A stretch of DNA of 64,000 nt from Chthoniobacterales bacterium (GTDB taxonomy: Bacteria; Verrucomicrobiota; Verrucomicrobiia; Chthoniobacterales; JACTMZ01). Of this stretch, positions 59,474 through 64,000 are shown in pieces. Position numbers and translations under genes: made by a program. The stretch is taken from the NCBI GenBank assembly GCA_044343805.1, contig JBIJDZ010000001.1, positions 78,392 through 142,391 on the forward strand. The letters run 5' to 3'. Under the pieces are notes generated by a model. It searched no databases. It saw nothing but the letters and a program-made list of their open reading frames with translations, and was not told the DNA's origin. Every line of letters begins with the position of its first letter. Position 1 is the stretch's first letter.

Positions 59474-60967
59474 TCAGGAACCTTGTCCGTAGCGCGGATT
59501 CATACAAATAATATAATACTCTTGCTTCCAAACAATCTGCCAGCCTTGTTGCTGCATTTGATCAACAATTTTAATGATGTTGGGTTGACCCAAGGTCCAT
59601 CGCTGGTCTATGTCGGCAAGAATAATAAACTTAGCATCATCGATCTTCGCGGGGTAAATGAAACGGTCCTGTTTTAGTGGTCGCTCGAATGTGAATGTGG
59701 GCAATCCCGAATAGGTCGCCACTTGCATTAGATCCGCCGTGCGCGCACGAAGAAGCCAGCCGATGTTTTGATGGCATATTACCAGATCAGACTCCGTTGT
59801 ATGGCTATTAACGAAGTCAGCGGCAGACTCCACTTCTTTCCACTTTTGTGTTACCCAATAATAGTTTCGAGGGGAAAAATCACCACTTAACGAAGCGGGA
59901 ATATTACGAATAAACATGAATGCCGGAAACACAAATGCTGCAATCACGACTAATCTCGCCTTAGAACCAAGGCTGAGCCGAAGTCTCGCTGAGAGCAAGC
60001 TCAGTGCACCTGCGTAGCAAACGGCTAAAATTGGCAAGAATACAACTGCCTGATAGTAGAACACCGGAAGATTTTGCCGATTTTGTAAGAGCAAGGAAGA
60101 TACAACTGCTGCAAGTATCGCTGCAGCATAATATTTTCTTATAGCGCAAATGCATATGCAAATTACTGCAACTACGTGAAACACATCTTGTGAGTAAAAC
60201 TTATAAGTGTTTAACAACCACTGAAACGCACTTCCATGCTCTCTACTGAATGAAGCATAAAATTCAGCAAGGAGACCGATATCCTCCAGCACCCATAGGT
60301 TTGGCATGGTGCGTAACAGCGTCAAACCAACCGTTGCTAGAACAACAATCAGGGGGGGCAGGATGAGGAATGGCCACGCAGCAGGCCTCTTCAATCGGCA
60401 CAACAAAGCTCCTAGGCAGCCGTGAGCGAAAAGTGGGTGACACAAAGCTGCAACGGCAAGCCCGCACCCCGCTACAGTGTTAGCGCGTGGCGAGCTTCTA
60501 CGAACTAGAGCCAATAGCGCTATCACAAATCCAAGCGCCACACCGTTGTGCGAGTATATCCAGCGGAAATGAATAATGGTTTGCTCGTAGGTCAAAAAAA
60601 CCAGCGAACCGAAAATCGCAGGCAGATACCCTAAGACACCCTGTCCCATTACAAGAATACTCAGCGCGATGGTGAGAGCCAAAACAGCGTTGAGTAAACG
60701 CCCCCCCCAAATGTCCCCGTTAACAAAATTACTAAAAAATCCAACCACCCATGCGTACGCCGGCTGATATGCGTAACTTGGATGCCAAAATGTCACATGA
60801 ATCGCCCTGTCGCTAAGTTGATTTTGGAAAAATGAGTTGCCAATCATTAAGGTCAGCGTTTCATCGCCGTACCACCCCGGGCTCGTCCGCAGGTACGGAA
60901 GGTATAAAAGAGCCCAGACACCAGCAATAATTAACGCGGCAATTATAGTTCTGCGATACTTGGCCAC
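59474..60967 (-). CDS. Polytopic GT-C-like membrane glycosyltransferase (ArnT/PMT_2-like)
   Basis: Has about 11-12 TM helices, an N-terminal loop with an acidic pair (GWYGDETLTLMIGN) and a C-terminal soluble domain. It has a GTG start. Confidence 0.55.
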   Translation of the reverse strand: MAKYRRTIIAALIIAGVWALLYLPYLRTSPGWYGDETLTLMIGNSFFQNQLSDRAIHVTFWHPSYAYQPAYAWVVGFFSNFVNGDIWGGRLLNAVLALTIALSILVMGQGVLGYLPAIFGSLVFLTYEQTIIHFRWIYSHNGVALGFVIALLALVRRSSPRANTVAGCGLAVAALCHPLFAHGCLGALLCRLKRPAAWPFLILPPLIVVLATVGLTLLRTMPNLWVLEDIGLLAEFYASFSREHGSAFQWLLNTYKFYSQDVFHVVAVICICICAIRKYYAAAILAAVVSSLLLQNRQNLPVFYYQAVVFLPILAVCYAGALSLLSARLRLSLGSKARLVVIAAFVFPAFMFIRNIPASLSGDFSPRNYYWVTQKWKEVESAADFVNSHTTESDLVICHQNIGWLLRARTADLMQVATYSGLPTFTFERPLKQDRFIYPAKIDDAKFIILADIDQRWTLGQPNIIKIVDQMQQQGWQIVWKQEYYIICMNPRYGQGS

Positions 60968-60997
60968 AACGCTTGTAAAAATATGTATTGTTGAATA

Positions 60998-63900
60998 TTA
61001 ACTTGTCGCAGCTAAGCACAACACTCGCCACGCAGCTTCAAGCGAGATGGCGGTGGACATTTTACTGTCACCCTCCCGTCTCTCGGTAAAAACAATCGGC
61101 ACCTCTTTTATCGTGTAGCCCTGCTTCCAAGCTGTGTGATGCAACTCAATCTGAAAGGCATATCCCTCAGCTTGTACCCTGTTCCAAGCCAAATTCCGCA
61201 GAACTTCCGAGCGGATCACTTTGAAGCCGCTCGTCGGATCGGTCATCGGCAAAGCCGTTAAGGTTCTGACATAAAAGCCCCCGAACGTGCTGATAAACAG
61301 TCGGCTCTGCGGCCAATTCAAAACGGAAATGCCGCCAAGATACCGCGAACCGACCGCAATGTGTGCCCCACTCTCTAAGGCCTCCAACAGCTTTGGGATA
61401 TCCGCCGGATCATGCGAAAGATCCGCGTCCATCTCGACGACCGCCTCATAGCCGTTCTTGATTGCCCACTGAAAACCACGTCGGTAGGCCGTGCCAAGAC
61501 CTGCCTTTACTTTGCCTTCGAGCAAAAAAACATGTTTGTTGAACTCGGTTCGCGCTCGCACCACATCGGCCGTGCCATCGGGCGAACCGTCATCTACGAC
61601 CAGCACATCGATTTCGCGGGGTAGATTAAGGACCAACTCGAGAGCTTTGTTGATCGATTCGCGTTCGTTGTAGGTCGGAATGACCACCACCGCCTTGCCG
61701 ATCGGCGTCACGGGAGCCGTAATTGAAGGTGCTCTCTTGTTTGCCCCGGTCCACCAATCCTTCCAGCGCTGCGGCACGACAGGCAGGGGCATAATGAGAA
61801 GCATTCCGAGCACACCCACCCAGGAGAGACCTGAGACCCACACACACAAACTATACCAAATTGGCGCTGAAAAGAGGAGTTCGATCGGTCCGTTGGTACG
61901 ACCGAGAGGCACGGCCATCAAGCCACCGAACGCCTTGTAAACTGGAATTTCAGCTCCATCGGAAAAAGCTCGCCAATCGGGGTGCCAAGCTTCGGTAATA
62001 ACAAGCCAGCCCTCTCTCGAGCCAAATGGGTCAAAAACCATTTGCGACGACTCAGTTCTAGCCAGCGAAAAAGGAACTCGCTGGAATGCAGCACCGGCTG
62101 AATTTGAGTAATGAGGGGATATTTTAATTCCATTCTGGCCCGAACCGGTGCCCGCAAGAAATGGGATCGTGCGCTCGTTCGGTGCGAGTTCAACCGGAAC
62201 CGCATTGATCCGTCCGGCGGCATCGAGGAAAGCCGGCGCCAGCGCCTCCGTGCCGGGATCCATGGCGATGTATTCCCGAGCGATAAAGGCCGGCGCGAGC
62301 GAATCCTTGTTCTCCAGCACGCGAATGTATTCCGAATCGAAGCCCGTCGGATAAACCTGCGCGAAGCGGTGCTGGATTTCCTGCGGCGTGAAAGGGTCCT
62401 TTTTGTCGAGCAAAATATGTGAAATACCACCCACTCTCATGTAAGTATGCATGGCCCCAAGCGAAGAGTTGGCTCCGGCAATCAACGCCCGCACGCCCCG
62501 CATTTGGAAGTGGCTCCAGATCGCTTCACTGTTGAGGCCTCGCCCAGACTCCATCGGCGTGCGCAGATAAAAATAACGGCCGGAGAGCGGATAAACACGC
62601 CCCTCAGTCGCTGAGTTTGCGAGATATTTTTGACCCCTGCGAAAATCTTCAAACGTTGCCGCGGGGAGTCCGGGGTGGAAAAAATTGCTGAGGTAAATGG
62701 AGGAATCGAGCAAGAGAATGGCACTCAACAAAACTCCAGCCCAGAACCTGTCACGCCGTTCCACGGATTTCGTAAACAGATGATGAAGCGCGAGCGCGGC
62801 GGCAATTGGAACAACAAAGAAGCCGACTTCCCAGAATCCCCAAGGTGCACGAATGTCCCGGTAGAGGGGCAAATGCTCCAAAATCACAAACCCTGGGACG
62901 AACAAGTAGACCAAAGCAAAGAAAGCCGTCCACCAACCTCGGCTCCTGTTGGCCGGCAGAATTACGTAGATAAAAAAGAGTGGCAGCAAAGTTGCCAACC
63001 AAACCAGCGCGGCAATCCAGTCGGGTGCTTGGCTGGAGCTTTTCAAAAACTCTTGCAATCCGGTAAAGGCCGAAAACGGCCCTTGCGCCAACCATAAGGA
63101 AAACAGCCCCAAACCGACAAATAAGCGGAACAGGCCGCCATTGCGCGAGGCGAGCCAAACTGATGATTTGTCGCGGACGCGCCAGAAAACCCCGCCGATC
63201 ACTAAGATGGCGATCAGCCCCAGGTAAAACTGCCCTCGATCTGCCGTGAAATGGGGCGGCATACCACTCATCAGTCCGTTGCCTCGATCGAAGACCGAGA
63301 GAAAGCTTTTGATCGAGAAGGACCGTTGCCAGCCCTCGAAATTATCGAAGCTGAAGACAGCGGCCCACTGATACTCGCGCGCTAATGGCAGCAACAGCGG
63401 CACAGCTAGTAAAAAGACCAAGAGAAGCGCAATCAATGTCCCGCGCACCAAAGCTACGCGTTGCTCCCGGCGGTCAAGGAGCAACCAGACATAAAATACC
63501 GACGCCAAAGGTAAAAACATCAATGTCAGCTTTGCGTAAGAAAGCATCATACCGGACCAACAAGCCGCCAAAACAAACGATGAGCGCAACGATCCCTCCT
63601 CCGCCACTTTGAGGAACGAGAGAAGAATGAATGGCGCAAAAGCCACGCAAACCACGCTGTTGAAGTGCTCAAAACTCGCCACTCGCAGCAACATCTGAGC
63701 ATTCACCGCACACAAAACACCGGCTAACAGACCCACCCAACGCTGACTGGTCAGTTTTGCAACCAGCAAATAAGTTCCTACCGAGACCGCGGCAATACTG
63801 GCCAGCATGACAATTTTGAGACCGGCTTCATCCCCGAAAATTGCGGCAGACAAAAGCCCGAACATCGATGGCAGAACAAACATGAGGCAAGCTGCCGAGG

Positions 63901-64000
63901 ACCCTCCGCTGAGAAAGGCGGGACTCCACCACGAGATTCCCCCGGCGGAGAACATCGCTTTTAACTCGTGGAGATACCTACCCACATCGCCATACAGCTC
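60998..64000 (-). CDS. 5'-partial fusion protein: N-terminal YfhO/GT-C-like polytopic membrane domain with a large extracytoplasmic region, a final TM helix, and a C-terminal Dpm1-like GT2 polyprenyl-phosphate sugar synthase
   Basis: The C-terminal roughly 245 aa contain VVVIPTYNERESI...VLVVDDGSPDGT...EMDADLSHDP (GT2 Dpm1-like). Upstream is the helix WYSLCVWVSGLSWVGVLGMLLIMPL, preceded by a roughly 230-aa soluble region and many TM helices. The frame stays open from the GTG at 63985 to the window edge (..ELYGDV..), so the true start probably lies beyond 64000. Confidence 0.65.
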   Translation of the reverse strand, partial: ELYGDVGRYLHELKAMFSAGGISWWSPAFLSGGSSAACLMFVLPSMFGLLSAAIFGDEAGLKIVMLASIAAVSVGTYLLVAKLTSQRWVGLLAGVLCAVNAQMLLRVASFEHFNSVVCVAFAPFILLSFLKVAEEGSLRSSFVLAACWSGMMLSYAKLTLMFLPLASVFYVWLLLDRREQRVALVRGTLIALLLVFLLAVPLLLPLAREYQWAAVFSFDNFEGWQRSFSIKSFLSVFDRGNGLMSGMPPHFTADRGQFYLGLIAILVIGGVFWRVRDKSSVWLASRNGGLFRLFVGLGLFSLWLAQGPFSAFTGLQEFLKSSSQAPDWIAALVWLATLLPLFFIYVILPANRSRGWWTAFFALVYLFVPGFVILEHLPLYRDIRAPWGFWEVGFFVVPIAAALALHHLFTKSVERRDRFWAGVLLSAILLLDSSIYLSNFFHPGLPAATFEDFRRGQKYLANSATEGRVYPLSGRYFYLRTPMESGRGLNSEAIWSHFQMRGVRALIAGANSSLGAMHTYMRVGGISHILLDKKDPFTPQEIQHRFAQVYPTGFDSEYIRVLENKDSLAPAFIAREYIAMDPGTEALAPAFLDAAGRINAVPVELAPNERTIPFLAGTGSGQNGIKISPHYSNSAGAAFQRVPFSLARTESSQMVFDPFGSREGWLVITEAWHPDWRAFSDGAEIPVYKAFGGLMAVPLGRTNGPIELLFSAPIWYSLCVWVSGLSWVGVLGMLLIMPLPVVPQRWKDWWTGANKRAPSITAPVTPIGKAVVVIPTYNERESINKALELVLNLPREIDVLVVDDGSPDGTADVVRARTEFNKHVFLLEGKVKAGLGTAYRRGFQWAIKNGYEAVVEMDADLSHDPADIPKLLEALESGAHIAVGSRYLGGISVLNWPQSRLFISTFGGFYVRTLTALPMTDPTSGFKVIRSEVLRNLAWNRVQAEGYAFQIELHHTAWKQGYTIKEVPIVFTERREGDSKMSTAISLEAAWRVLCLAATS

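Larger units (their letters stand above)
55756..60997. other. Low-GC compositional island carrying five glycan-modification genes
   Basis: Sampled 60-nt lines inside the island give about 32-47% GC (lines at 55921, 56581, 58801, 60001). A sampled flanking line (45181) gives about 62%. The boundaries coincide with the rfbB start and the stop of the large fusion gene. Confidence 0.7.

Noticed and set aside
55756-60997. The low-GC cassette as a genomic island or mobile element.
   Set aside because: I saw no integrase, transposase, tRNA attachment site, or flanking direct or inverted repeats. It is reported only as a compositional cassette, not as a mobile element.
1-64000. A search for rRNA, tRNA, CRISPR arrays, prophage genes, toxin-antitoxin pairs or recognisable defence genes.
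   Set aside because: Intergenic spaces are all under about 400 nt, and none shows a cloverleaf-like or repeat-spacer structure. No ORF shows nuclease, ATPase or defence hallmarks that I could recognise by eye.

Overview
A 64 kb chromosomal segment from a GC-rich diderm bacterium. It is densely packed, with about 56 CDS, many 1-4 nt start/stop overlaps and almost no intergenic space. I found no rRNA, tRNA, CRISPR array, transposase or integrase. Most genes are housekeeping: trpD, aroD, coaE, rho, rnc, carB, mlaEFD, folA, thyA, panD, glgX, ribE, mscL, tkt, thrB, lpxK, serA, rfbA and rfbB, plus two class A PBPs. Three regions stand out. (1) 6.8-16.2 kb is a translationally coupled six-gene envelope operon syntenic with pilMNOPQ. 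It encodes a secreted protein, a PilM-PilN fusion, a PilO-like protein whose architecture matches Akkermansia Amuc_1100, a PilP-position protein, and two tandem secretin paralogs with TPR-like N-termini. No motor ATPase, platform protein or pilin gene lies anywhere in the window. This locus type suggests a Verrucomicrobiota origin (inference), and it is my best candidate for a poorly understood system. (2) 52-64 kb is a 12 kb co-directional glycan array interrupted by a roughly 5 kb low-GC cassette (methyltransferase, Dpm1-like GT2, GMD-like dehydratase, sugar C-methyltransferase, GT-C membrane transferase). Next to it sits a large GT-C/YfhO-like::Dpm1-like GT2 fusion gene that runs off the window edge. 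(3) Smaller items: a minimal FAD-oxidoreductase + type III PKS pair, a DCC-thiol-oxidoreductase::lipase-maturation-factor fusion, a GYF-Yip1/DUF2752 membrane pair, a PAP2 + ArnT-like pair near lpxK, and a degenerate FmdB-like zinc ribbon between rfbA and rfbB. All family assignments come from by-eye motif recognition. No database search was run.
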